Assembly: GCA_050944155.1 (NCBI GenBank)
Contig: JBMNQN010000006.1
Location: 1 to 55,713, forward strand
Direction: 5' to 3'
Source of the DNA: Candidatus Methanomethylophilaceae archaeon
GTDB lineage: Archaea; Thermoplasmatota; Thermoplasmata; Methanomassiliicoccales; Methanomethylophilaceae
DNA: 55,713 nucleotides
Shown: positions 1 through 9,470 of the stretch, one piece after another
Layout of the letters: the number at the start of each line of letters is the position of its first letter
How positions within the stretch are numbered: the stretch's first letter is position 1
Position numbers and translations under genes: made by a program
Notes under the pieces: model-generated
Databases searched by the model: none
Told to the model about the DNA's origin: nothing
The model's input: the letters and a program-made list of their open reading frames with translations, nothing else

Positions 1-2433
1 GGATACGAATGGGACGACGGCAGCGATACAAACAAAGAGATAAGCTGGGCCATTTTCAAAAAAGCTCTCACCGTAACGGCCGACAGTAAGAATATGGTCT
101 TTCTCGGAGCCGTTCCGGAATTCACTGCAACCTACAGCGGATTCGTCGGCGGAGAAACAGAAAAAGCACTTACCGGAAATCTGAGATTTAACTGCGGTTA
201 CGACGGCAAATCCTATCAGAAAACCTTTCTGATAACTCCGGAGGGGCTTGTCTCCGACAATTACGAAATAGAATTTGTCAGCGGAACTCTGACAGTCGGC
301 AGAATATCCGTAACCGTACCCGATGCGGCTGCGGATTTAGTCTATAACGGAGATTTTCAGACAGGGATTTCGGAAGGAACGGGGTACACCGTTTCCGGTG
401 GCTGCAAAAAGGATGCAGGGTCTCATGTGTCAACGCTAAAACTTCTGCCGGGACACGTATGGTCCGACAGTTCAGACAGTGATAAAAAGATAAGCTGGGT
501 CATTGCTAAAAAATCTCTTAAGGTAACGGCCGACAGCAAAATCATGAACTTTCTCGGAGACGTTCCCGTTTTCACCGTAACTTACAGCGGATTTGAAGGA
601 GAGGAAAACGAGTCCGTACTCGGCGGGACTCTGAAATTCCAATGCGGCTACAGCGGCAAGTACTATCAGGAAACGTTTTCCATAACTCCGTCGGGTCTTA
701 CTTCGGATAACTATGCTTTGACTTTCAAAGACGGAACCCTTACCGTACTGAGAGCATTGGCCGACGTACCCCGTCCGTTGACGGAACTCGTTTACGACGG
801 AACCGAGCAGACGGGCGTCGAAGGAAACGGATACGATGTCGTCAGAGGCAGCACGTACGCAGTCAACGCCGGAAAGTATACGGTATCCGTTTCTCCGAAA
901 GACGGATACATGTGGCCGGACGGAACCCTTGACATGAAAACTGCGGAATGGAGCATAGCCAGAAAGGAAGTTAAGGTCGTAACCGATTCCGCCGAAAAAG
1001 TCTACGACGGAAAGGCTCTGTCCGCCTCGGGACGGATCGAAGGACTCGTCGAAGGAGACGGAGTGATATTCAGAGTCACCGGCGAAAGGACCGTTACGGG
1101 TTCTTCGCCCAACACCTATGTTCTTACGTTCAACGGGACAGGAAACGTCGGGAATTACAAAGTAACCGAAAATCTTGGGACTCTGAAAATAACGGCGGCC
1201 CATCTGAACAGACCGGCGGCGGGCAAAACGCTGATCATGTACGACGGAACGGAAAAGACGTACCTTCCCGCCGGTTTCGTCGGAAACGCCATGAAAATAA
1301 GAGGAAACATCGGAACCGAACCGGGATTCTACGGCGTTACTGTTTCGATAAAAGATATGCTGAATTATTCGTGGACGGACGGTACGCAGTCCGAGATGAA
1401 GTTCGGATTCAGGATAGTTCCGAGAGTTCTTCCGGAAGCCGAAGCCATAGCTCCCGCCGTTTATACGGGAGAAAACCAGGTTCCGGTTCTTACGCTGAAG
1501 TACGGCGATACTATCCTCAGAGAAGGCAGAGATTACAGCGCAGTCTGGAACAGCGAGGATTTCGTCGGCGCCGGCACGTATACGGCTGACGTGAAGGGAA
1601 TCGGAGTCTATTCCGACTTTTACACTGTGGAATACGTCATAGAAAAAATACGTCTGAACAGACCGTCCGCCGATCCCTCGTCTTTCCTTTACGACGGAAC
1701 CGAGAAAACGTACAGTCCTGCGGGATTCGACGGAACCGTTATGGACATATCGGGAAACAAGAGAACGGAAAGGGGAACGCAGACCGTTTCCGTTTCGATA
1801 AAAGATAAAGCGAATTACGAGTGGAACGACGGCACGTCGGAAGATGCGGAATTCGTTTTCACCGTGGGGCGCCTGAGCATTCCGGAATTCGGAATAGACG
1901 GAACTGTGTACAGCGGAAACCGGCAGATACCCGAATTCGTCATCAGGGACGGTTCCAGGGTTCTGAAAGAGGGTACGGATTACGAAACGGTCTGGGACAG
2001 TACGGATTTCGTCTGCGCGGGAGTTTACAGCGCATCCGTAACGGGAATCGGCGTGTACTCGGGTACGCGCACCGTACCTTACGTGATAGAGAGAATCAAA
2101 CTTGACAAACCGTCGGAAGACAGCACGGTTTTCGTATGCGACGGAACCGAGAAGGTCTACTGTCCCGGAGGGTTCGACTGCGGACTCATGTGCATGGAAG
2201 GAAACACCGCGGTTTCCGCGGGAACCCATAACGTTTCCGTTTCCGTTAAAGACAGCGTAAATTACGAATGGGCGGACGGTACGCAGGACGTCCTGAATTT
2301 CCGTTTCGACGTTGCCGCCGTTCCGGAACCCCCGCTCGTGGAAAAATATGAAAGCATCCCATCCGTCACGGGAGCAATCGCGGCGGCTGCGGTACTGGCA
2401 CTGTGTTACGTATGCTTTTTCCGCAGACCGTGA
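1..2433 (+). CDS. Adhesin-like cell-surface repeat protein (MBG/Ig-like beta repeats, C-terminal TM anchor); 5' end lies outside the window
   Basis: Frame is open from base 1 (GYEWDDGSDTNKEISWAI...). ~150-aa repeats with YDG/YNG and 'LTVTADSK...F..TYSGF' motifs. Ends in hydrophobic AIAAAAVLALCYVCFF followed by RRP. Confidence 0.85.
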   Translation, partial: GYEWDDGSDTNKEISWAIFKKALTVTADSKNMVFLGAVPEFTATYSGFVGGETEKALTGNLRFNCGYDGKSYQKTFLITPEGLVSDNYEIEFVSGTLTVGRISVTVPDAAADLVYNGDFQTGISEGTGYTVSGGCKKDAGSHVSTLKLLPGHVWSDSSDSDKKISWVIAKKSLKVTADSKIMNFLGDVPVFTVTYSGFEGEENESVLGGTLKFQCGYSGKYYQETFSITPSGLTSDNYALTFKDGTLTVLRALADVPRPLTELVYDGTEQTGVEGNGYDVVRGSTYAVNAGKYTVSVSPKDGYMWPDGTLDMKTAEWSIARKEVKVVTDSAEKVYDGKALSASGRIEGLVEGDGVIFRVTGERTVTGSSPNTYVLTFNGTGNVGNYKVTENLGTLKITAAHLNRPAAGKTLIMYDGTEKTYLPAGFVGNAMKIRGNIGTEPGFYGVTVSIKDMLNYSWTDGTQSEMKFGFRIVPRVLPEAEAIAPAVYTGENQVPVLTLKYGDTILREGRDYSAVWNSEDFVGAGTYTADVKGIGVYSDFYTVEYVIEKIRLNRPSADPSSFLYDGTEKTYSPAGFDGTVMDISGNKRTERGTQTVSVSIKDKANYEWNDGTSEDAEFVFTVGRLSIPEFGIDGTVYSGNRQIPEFVIRDGSRVLKEGTDYETVWDSTDFVCAGVYSASVTGIGVYSGTRTVPYVIERIKLDKPSEDSTVFVCDGTEKVYCPGGFDCGLMCMEGNTAVSAGTHNVSVSVKDSVNYEWADGTQDVLNFRFDVAAVPEPPLVEKYESIPSVTGAIAAAAVLALCYVCFFRRP

Positions 2434-2486
2434 ACTCTTGGTAGTAAGACGGGCAGATTCATATTGTCCGTGTATTATTCCCGTCC

Positions 2487-3665
2487 ATGTATCTGACACC
2501 CGAAGAGGAACGCATCCTCGGCGGCGAAGAAGGCGAATCCCGCCGGAAAGCCATGGAACTTCTGCTGGCTCTCGGAAAGATTTACGGAGCGGAAAACACG
2601 GTGAAAATAACTTCCGCCCACCTTTCCGGCGCCTCTTACAAAACCATAGGGGAAGGCGGACTGAAATATCTGGAGGACCAGGCTGCCGGAGGCGCTTCTG
2701 TATCGGTTCCTTCCACCCTGAATCCCGTGGGAATGGATCTCTGCAGATGGAACGAGATGCACATTTCCCCGGAGTTTGCGTCCAAACAGAAACGCATCGT
2801 CGAACTGTACGGGAAGATGGGCATCATGACCACATGTTCGTGCACTCCGTACGTGGGGCCCAACGTACCAAAGCTCGGAGACCACGTGGCATGGTCCGAA
2901 TCTTCGGCGCTGTCTTACGTGAATTCCTTCATAGGTGCCAGAACCAACAGGGAAGGAGGCCCGGGCGCTCTTGCCGCGGCGATACTCGGAAGAACGGCTA
3001 ATTACGGGCTTCATCTGGACGATAACAGGATTCCAGATGTCGTAATCGATTCGGATACGGACGGTTCGGTTTTCGGATATTCTCTTCTGGGTCAGGCAGT
3101 GGGAAGTACAATCGGCGGAAAGATTCCCTATTTCAGAGGACTGCGGAGCATGGGAACGGAAGAAGCCAAAGCTCTTGCCGCTGCCATGGCAGCATCCGGT
3201 TCGGTGGCCATGTGGCACGCCGAAGGAATCACTCCCGAAGCCGGGAAATACGACGTGTCCGGCAAAGAAGTCATACACATAGGAAAGAAAGAATTGGAGG
3301 AAGCCTACGAAAAACTGAACACCGCCGAAGACGTTCAGCTCATAGCTCTCGGTTGCCCCCATCTTACGGTCAAGGAGATAAAGGAAATAGCGGGAATCCT
3401 CAAAGGCAGGAAGAAGAAAAAGGACGCGCCGGAGATTTGGTTCTGCACATCGGCCGCCATAAGGGACCAATGTCCCGAAGAGGTAAAAATCCTAGAAGAA
3501 TTCGGGCCCGTTCTTGCCGATACCTGCATGGTGGTGGCTCCCATCGAAAATACCTTTTCCCGTACCGGAACCAACTCGGCCAAAGCCGGAAATTATCTCC
3601 CGACCCTGTGTTCCCAGAAAGTCATATGCAGGGACCTCGCAAAAATCCTGGAGGCGGTATATTGA
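2487..3665 (+). CDS. Aconitase X large subunit (DUF521), phosphomevalonate dehydratase large subunit
   Basis: Motifs TCSCTPY, AWSESSA, GARTNREGGP, GCPH and DTCMVV (three Fe-S Cys); coupled to the swivel-subunit gene. Confidence 0.9.
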   Translation: MYLTPEEERILGGEEGESRRKAMELLLALGKIYGAENTVKITSAHLSGASYKTIGEGGLKYLEDQAAGGASVSVPSTLNPVGMDLCRWNEMHISPEFASKQKRIVELYGKMGIMTTCSCTPYVGPNVPKLGDHVAWSESSALSYVNSFIGARTNREGGPGALAAAILGRTANYGLHLDDNRIPDVVIDSDTDGSVFGYSLLGQAVGSTIGGKIPYFRGLRSMGTEEAKALAAAMAASGSVAMWHAEGITPEAGKYDVSGKEVIHIGKKELEEAYEKLNTAEDVQLIALGCPHLTVKEIKEIAGILKGRKKKKDAPEIWFCTSAAIRDQCPEEVKILEEFGPVLADTCMVVAPIENTFSRTGTNSAKAGNYLPTLCSQKVICRDLAKILEAVY

Positions 3666-4432
3666 TACTGAAAGGACGGTCGATATCTTCGGGAAAAGCC
3701 GAAGGGGAGGTTCTGAAGCTCGAAGAATCCTTCAGTTTCCTGGGCGGAGTCAACGGTTCCACCGGGGAACTGAAAACCGGAGAAAACGTTTCCGGAAAAA
3801 TATTCGTGTTCCCCGCGGGCAGGGGAAGTACCGTGGGTTCCTATGTAATGTACGATCTGGCACTTCATAAAAAAGCTCCGGCCGCGGTTATCAACGAAAG
3901 CGCGGAAACCATAGTTGCGACGGGTGCGGTAATCTCTTCGATACCCATGGTCGACCGCATAGACGTCTCCCTTCTGAGGACCGGGGACAGGGTGCGTGTC
4001 GATGCGGACAGGGGAGAAATCGAGATTCTTAACGTGAAAACGGTAGAAACCGTATCCTCCGCCGTGGTCTGCGACGGAAAGGTTCTGCTGCTCAGGCGTC
4101 CGGACACAGCACGTTCGTTCCCTTCGGTGTGGTCGTTGGTTGCCGGCAAGATAGAGAAGGGAGAGACCCCGGAAGAAGCGGCCCGCAGGGAGATAATGGA
4201 AGAAACCCGGATATCCGTTTCCGAACCCGTTTCCCGGTGCGATTACATTCTCGTAAGGGAGGGGGAAATCATCTGGAAGGTGTATCCCTTCATGTACCGC
4301 GTGGACAGGGCGGAGCCCGTGCTGAACAAGGAAAATACGGAGTTCAGATGGGCGAAACCGGAGGAAATCAAAGACGTACCGGCCGTGGACATGACTTACG
4401 AAGTCGTAACCGAAATGATCGGGAAATCATAA
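3662..4432 (+). CDS. Aconitase X small (swivel, DUF126) subunit fused to a C-terminal Nudix hydrolase
   Basis: TTG start overlaps the upstream TGA (TTGA), with GGAGG at 3650-3654. SFLGGV and GRGSTVGSY swivel motifs; Nudix box GKIEKGETPEEAARREIMEETRI at 4145-4213. Confidence 0.88.
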   Translation: MILKGRSISSGKAEGEVLKLEESFSFLGGVNGSTGELKTGENVSGKIFVFPAGRGSTVGSYVMYDLALHKKAPAAVINESAETIVATGAVISSIPMVDRIDVSLLRTGDRVRVDADRGEIEILNVKTVETVSSAVVCDGKVLLLRRPDTARSFPSVWSLVAGKIEKGETPEEAARREIMEETRISVSEPVSRCDYILVREGEIIWKVYPFMYRVDRAEPVLNKENTEFRWAKPEEIKDVPAVDMTYEVVTEMIGKS

Positions 4433-7381
4433 GTCCGCGGCGGAAATTCCTATGGTGACGTCCTTTCCGGTAATGTCCCAGGTCTTGACTTCGTCTCCTC
4501 CGGGACTCTCCGTGAATATCAGGTTCGTAGCTCTGACCTCGGCCGCTATGTAATCCTTCCAGGTTTCCAGCAGGGAAACCAGGTGCCCGTCGGCTTTTAT
4601 GTCGCAGTTGATGAACTGTTCCACGTTGAGACTCATGTCTTTGCGCATCTGCTGTATTCTGCGGATGAGTTCTCTTGCGTAGCCTTCGGCCTCTATTTCC
4701 GGGGTTACGGAAAAGTCCACGAATACGTCTCCTTCGGAGAAGGGGACTTCGCTCGCATCTCCGTAATCGGGCCGTTTTTCGGGAGAAACGTACTCTATGT
4801 TTTTGATATTGGCCTGCTGTGCCAGTACGCCCTCGAACGTCTGTATGCACCTGTCGGTTTCTTCGGTTTTTCCCCGTATGCACACTCTGAGCAGGGGCCA
4901 TCTGAGCTTGCTTCCCATCTTCGCCCTTTCGGCGGCGATTATTTCGACTATGTTCTGAATCAGAAGCATGCTGCGCTCCAGTTCTCCGTCGATCAGGTCT
5001 TCGTTGACGGAAGGCCAGTCTTCCATGTGCACTGATTCGAGGGTTCCTCCCATGTGGCGGTAGACTTCCTCGGAGATGTGGGGCGCAACGGGAGCGAGAA
5101 CGATTGCGGTGTTCATTATAGCGTAATGGAGAGTGAAATACGAAGCGTTCTTGTCCTTCTCGGAATCTTCGTCTTCGGTCCAGGTTCTGTCCCTGACCAG
5201 ACGCACGTACCATCTGGAAAGGTCTTCCATTATGTAGTTCTCGAGGGAACGGGCGACCTTGTGGAGTTCCCTGGTTTCCATGAACGCGGTAACTTCCTTC
5301 TTCATGTTCTCGGTCCTGGAAAGCATCCACAGGTCCTCTTTTCTGAGATATTCCTTCATCTCTTCCGCGGTGTGGGCTTCCGGATCGTATCCGTCGATGT
5401 TCATGTACGTGGAAGCGAAGTTGACCACATTCCAGTAGGTGTTCAGAATCTTCCTGGCGTTCTTGGGACCGTCTTTCTGGAAGGCGGTGTCTTCCCAGGG
5501 AGCGTTCGACTTTATGAGATAGTATCTGAGGGAATCCGCGCCGGTCTGTTCTATTATTTCCAGAGGCTCAATTACGTTTCCCTTGGATTTGGACATCTTC
5601 TGACCTTTGGGATCCAGAACCCATCCGTGCATCATCACTTCTCTGTAAGGGGCGCGGTCGAAGGAGATGACTCCCGCTCCCAGCTGGGAATAGAACCATC
5701 CTCTTGTCTGATCGTGGGCTTCCACGATGAAGTCGGCGGGCCACCATCTTTCGAATTCCTCTTTCTTTGCGGGATATCCGAACTGTGCCCAGGAGGCCAC
5801 TCCGGAATCGAACCACACGTCGAGAACGTCGGGAACTCTGTGCATGGTTTTTCCGCACTTTTCGCATTCGAAGGTTACGCCGTCTATCCAGGGTCTGTGG
5901 GAATCCATGCCTTCGGTGTAACCGTCCCCTTCTCTGAGTTCGGAATACTGGCCGACGACTTTTCTGTTTCCGCAGGGACATTCCCAGACGGGCATGGGTA
6001 TTCCCCAGTACCTCTGTCTGGATATGCACCATTCCCTGGCGCCTTCCACCCAGTTTTTCTCTCTGGACTCTCCGGCCCAGTCGGGTACCCATTTCGCGCC
6101 GTCTATCTCTTCCAGCATTTTTTCCTTTACTTCGGGAACTTTCACGAACCACTGGCGGGTGTTACGGTAAATAATCGGAGATTTGCATCTCCAGCAGTGT
6201 CCGTATCTGTGCATCATTCTTCCGGCGCTGAAGAGTTTTCCGGTTTCTTCCAGATATTTTACGACGTCGTCGTTGACACCGCGGACTTTGCGTCCCGCCA
6301 TCGCGGGGAAATCTTCCGTGAATCTTCCGTCTTCTCCCACCGGGCAGAAGGGAATCATTCCGTACCTTTTTCCGGTTTCGTAGTCGTCCGGACCGAATCC
6401 GGGTGCCGTGTGCACCAGTCCCGTGTTGTCCTTTTCGACGTAGTCGGCGGTTACGACTTTGTAAACCCATTCGCTTCTTTTGACGGCGTCGACGGCGAAG
6501 GGCGGTTCGTATGCCGTACCTTCCAATTCCTTTCCCTTTATTTTTTCCAGAACTTCGAAGGTTTCGTATCCGCCCTGTTTCGTCACGTATTCGGCCTGGG
6601 ATTCCAGGACTATTGCGTCTTCGGATTCGTTTTCTTTAACGAAACGTACCTTTGCGTAATCCCCGTCCGGGTGCACCGCGACCGCCATGTTCGACGGCAG
6701 AGTCCAGGGAGTGGTGGTCCATATCAGAAGAGAACAGTCCTGTCCTTCGACGGGCATTCTGACTATCACGGAAGGATCGTTCTCGTCCCAGTATTCTATC
6801 TCCGCTTCGGCAAGAGCGGTTTCGCATCTGGGACACCAGGTTACGACTCTGTCGTCGTCGGTGAGCAGTCCTCTTTCGTAGGCCCGGGAGAGAGTCCACC
6901 AGGCCGATTCTATGTATTCGGGAGCGAGGGTCTGATAAGGATTGTCCCAGTCCATCCACACTCCCAGTTTTTTGAATTCTTCGGTCATCGCCGCTCTCAG
7001 GTCGAGGGCGTATTTGCGGCAGGTTTCCACGAATTTTCCGATTCCGATTTTTTCTTCGATTTCCTTTTTGGAACGGACGCCTATTTTTTTCTCCACCTGA
7101 ACTTCAATCGGAAGTCCGTGCATGTCGTATCCGGGCTGGTCTCTGACGTTGAGACCGTTCATTCTCCAGTAGCGTATGAGAATGTCCTTCACGGTCTTGT
7201 TCATGGCCGTGCCCAGGTGTATTTTTCCGGTGGTATAGGGAGGTCCGTCGCAGAAGTAGAAGTCTTTCCCTTCGGATCTCAGTTCTTTCGTTTTTCTGTA
7301 TAGATCCCCGTCTTTCCAGAACTGCTGGATTTCTTTTTCTATCTGCGGGGCACTGTAATTCGCACGGACCTGCTTTATCAT
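4427..7381 (-). CDS. ileS: Isoleucine--tRNA ligase (archaeal type)
   Basis: DGPPYTTGKIHLGT, WTTTPWTLPSN, WCISRQRYWG, DQTRGWF and KMSKS motifs. Confidence 0.96.
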   Translation of the reverse strand: MIKQVRANYSAPQIEKEIQQFWKDGDLYRKTKELRSEGKDFYFCDGPPYTTGKIHLGTAMNKTVKDILIRYWRMNGLNVRDQPGYDMHGLPIEVQVEKKIGVRSKKEIEEKIGIGKFVETCRKYALDLRAAMTEEFKKLGVWMDWDNPYQTLAPEYIESAWWTLSRAYERGLLTDDDRVVTWCPRCETALAEAEIEYWDENDPSVIVRMPVEGQDCSLLIWTTTPWTLPSNMAVAVHPDGDYAKVRFVKENESEDAIVLESQAEYVTKQGGYETFEVLEKIKGKELEGTAYEPPFAVDAVKRSEWVYKVVTADYVEKDNTGLVHTAPGFGPDDYETGKRYGMIPFCPVGEDGRFTEDFPAMAGRKVRGVNDDVVKYLEETGKLFSAGRMMHRYGHCWRCKSPIIYRNTRQWFVKVPEVKEKMLEEIDGAKWVPDWAGESREKNWVEGAREWCISRQRYWGIPMPVWECPCGNRKVVGQYSELREGDGYTEGMDSHRPWIDGVTFECEKCGKTMHRVPDVLDVWFDSGVASWAQFGYPAKKEEFERWWPADFIVEAHDQTRGWFYSQLGAGVISFDRAPYREVMMHGWVLDPKGQKMSKSKGNVIEPLEIIEQTGADSLRYYLIKSNAPWEDTAFQKDGPKNARKILNTYWNVVNFASTYMNIDGYDPEAHTAEEMKEYLRKEDLWMLSRTENMKKEVTAFMETRELHKVARSLENYIMEDLSRWYVRLVRDRTWTEDEDSEKDKNASYFTLHYAIMNTAIVLAPVAPHISEEVYRHMGGTLESVHMEDWPSVNEDLIDGELERSMLLIQNIVEIIAAERAKMGSKLRWPLLRVCIRGKTEETDRCIQTFEGVLAQQANIKNIEYVSPEKRPDYGDASEVPFSEGDVFVDFSVTPEIEAEGYARELIRRIQQMRKDMSLNVEQFINCDIKADGHLVSLLETWKDYIAAEVRATNLIFTESPGGDEVKTWDITGKDVTIGISAADL

Positions 7382-7455
7382 CGCTAATCCTTCTCCGCCG
7401 AGTTTATCATCCGGGCGGTGTGCGGCAATATGTGCACACTTATATTAACGATACC

Positions 7456-8484
7456 TCAGAACCAGGCGTCCAGGGAACGCTGGGAACGTTTCGCTTTGTT
7501 TCTGGTTCTGCTTTTTTCAATACGGTCCAACGCGGCTTCCACTCTGGAAGGGGAGAAATCGTATTCCGTGAGCATGTCCAGAACTCCCTTGCGGTCGGTT
7601 TCTCCGGCGGCAACGGCATAGTCGTCGGAACTGGGGCCGTCGAGGAAAATGTTCTTTATTTCTTCGTACTCGGGAATCTCTTCGTTCAGATGTGCCAGCA
7701 CTTTTTCCGCGGTGCCGTGTTTTTTGATAAGGGCCAATCCCTTCTTGGGACCGATTCCTTTGATCCCGGGGTTGAAATCGGTTCCTATGAGGATTGCCAT
7801 GTCGACAAGCTGCTCCCTGGTTATTTCCAGAGTTTCGAGGAATTCTTCGAGTCTTATCAGTTCTGTTTTGACTTCCCTGTACTGGTCGCGTCCGGGGATT
7901 TTCCTTCTTCCAGTGATGGTGACGTTTCTGAGAAGCACGGGCGCTCCGAAAAGAAGGGAGTCGTAATCCTGGGAGGCGGAAGCCCACACGTCTCCTTTCG
8001 AGCACATGTACGCGCCCTGTGCCTCCCCTTCTCCGGGAGCCTTCACAATAGGTATACCCAGATACGAGAGGAGTTCTTTCGACGAAGACAGAATTTCCGG
8101 TGTCATTCTGGAAGTCTGCTGGGCCTTGGAGAACGCTTTTTTGATATCGCCTTCTTCGATGGCCTGTTCCCATTCTTCTTCGGCTTTGAGACGGCGTTCC
8201 CGTCTTTCGTCTATAGTATCTTTTTTTAGTTCGCTGGATACCCCGTCGAAAACGTAAACCGGTTCTATTCCCGCTTCGATAAGATTCGCTGTTCTGTAAA
8301 GAATTCCCGAAAGATGGGAAGTCACCCGTCCCGACGTGTCCCGCAGGGGATAGCCGTCCGGCTGTCTTATTATCGAAAGGAACTGGTAGATGGTGTTGTA
8401 GGCGTCTACGGCGATCTTCTTTCCGTTCAGTTCGGAAAGTTCGACGTTCTTGGGTTCGGTGATGCCGGACAGGTTTATTCCCAT
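7456..8484 (-). CDS. fen: Flap endonuclease 1
   Basis: DAYNTIYQFLSIIRQPDG, EGEAQ, SQDYDSLLFG, GTDFNPGIKGIGPK; C-terminal PIP box QRSLDAWF. Confidence 0.96.
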   Translation of the reverse strand: MGINLSGITEPKNVELSELNGKKIAVDAYNTIYQFLSIIRQPDGYPLRDTSGRVTSHLSGILYRTANLIEAGIEPVYVFDGVSSELKKDTIDERRERRLKAEEEWEQAIEEGDIKKAFSKAQQTSRMTPEILSSSKELLSYLGIPIVKAPGEGEAQGAYMCSKGDVWASASQDYDSLLFGAPVLLRNVTITGRRKIPGRDQYREVKTELIRLEEFLETLEITREQLVDMAILIGTDFNPGIKGIGPKKGLALIKKHGTAEKVLAHLNEEIPEYEEIKNIFLDGPSSDDYAVAAGETDRKGVLDMLTEYDFSPSRVEAALDRIEKSRTRNKAKRSQRSLDAWF

Positions 8485-8494
8485 GTTTTCCGCC

Positions 8495-9154
8495 TCACGG
8501 ATCCGGGCCGAAACTCTGCCAGAGTTTTATTTCAGGACCCATGTCTTTCAGGCCGAACAGGGCGCTTCCCGCCGCAAGAACGGAAGCTCCCGCGTCCGTG
8601 CATATTTTCCCTGTTTCGCGGTTTATTCCCCCGTCGACCGATATCTCGAGTTTGGGATTGTGCGCTTCCGCCCATTCCCTGACGTAACGGATTTTGTCCA
8701 CTCCCGAGGGTATGAATTTCTGCCCTCCGAATCCGGGATGAACGGTCATAACCAGAACCAAATCCACATGTGCCAGATATCTGTCCAATATCTTCACGTC
8801 GGTGTCAGGATTCACGGAGATTCCCGCCTTTATCCCGCAGTCCCTTATCTTTTCGATTGCTTTTGCGGAATCTCCCTGGGCTTCGGGATGCACCGTCAGA
8901 AAGTCGGCTCCCGCTTTTACGAAATCTTCGATGTAACGCACGGGGTCCTGAATCATCAGGTGCACGTCGAAAGGAAGATCCGTGGTTTTTCTTATCGATT
9001 TTACTACCGGCGGACCTATGGTTATGTTGGGGACGAAAGAACCGTCCATTACATCCACATGGATCCAGTCCGCTCCGGATGCTTCCAAGCGTCCGATTTC
9101 TTCGCCGAGACGCGAAAAATCGGCGGAAAGAATGGAAGCGGATACCTTTGTCAT
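8495..9154 (-). CDS. rpe: Ribulose-phosphate 3-epimerase
   Basis: SILSADF, HVDVMDGSFVPNIT, DVHLM, MTVHPGFGGQKF, VDGGI; start moved to MTKVSAS. Confidence 0.95.
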   Translation of the reverse strand: MTKVSASILSADFSRLGEEIGRLEASGADWIHVDVMDGSFVPNITIGPPVVKSIRKTTDLPFDVHLMIQDPVRYIEDFVKAGADFLTVHPEAQGDSAKAIEKIRDCGIKAGISVNPDTDVKILDRYLAHVDLVLVMTVHPGFGGQKFIPSGVDKIRYVREWAEAHNPKLEISVDGGINRETGKICTDAGASVLAAGSALFGLKDMGPEIKLWQSFGPDP

Positions 9155-9266
9155 AAAAACCCGTACCGTTTGCGCAGTAATAATACTGTGCCGTCCGGTA
9201 CGCGCGTACATCGGAATAACAGGGTTTGCTCAGGTTATAAATCGTAGAATTCCGATACCAGACAAC

Positions 9267-9470
9267 ATGACATCGGAAGAAAAAGGCAAAGTCTGCGATG
9301 TAGAAGGGTGCAGTTCCGATGCGGAACGTTCCCTTAACGTAAAACAGGTTTTGCAGACGGAACTCAGACTGAAACCGGGAGAACACCGCCAGGTGCATCT
9401 TTGCAAAACCCATTACCGCGAATTCAAAAAACAGACCAAGAAAACGAGAGACTTGGACCGCATTTACTGA
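9267..9470 (+). CDS. Small basic putative Zn-binding protein (C-x4-C...C-x2-H), 67 aa
   Basis: MTSEEKGKVCDVEGC...HLCKTHYREFKK; TTATAAA about 30 nt upstream; TGATG overlap with rnz. Confidence 0.8.
   Translation: MTSEEKGKVCDVEGCSSDAERSLNVKQVLQTELRLKPGEHRQVHLCKTHYREFKKQTKKTRDLDRIY

Noticed and set aside
472-2499. 675-aa minus-strand ORF
   Set aside because: Antisense shadow of the adhesin gene; no recognisable motifs.
3212-3661. N-terminal 150 aa of the 406-aa track ORF
   Set aside because: Out-of-frame overlap with the AcnX large subunit; the real start is TTG 3662, which has an RBS.
5054-7303. 749-aa plus-strand ORF (likewise 15694-17982, 44207-46492 and minus-strand 48197-49753)
   Set aside because: Antisense shadows of ileS, valS, hel308 and lonB, expected from codon bias; F/V/R-rich with no motifs.
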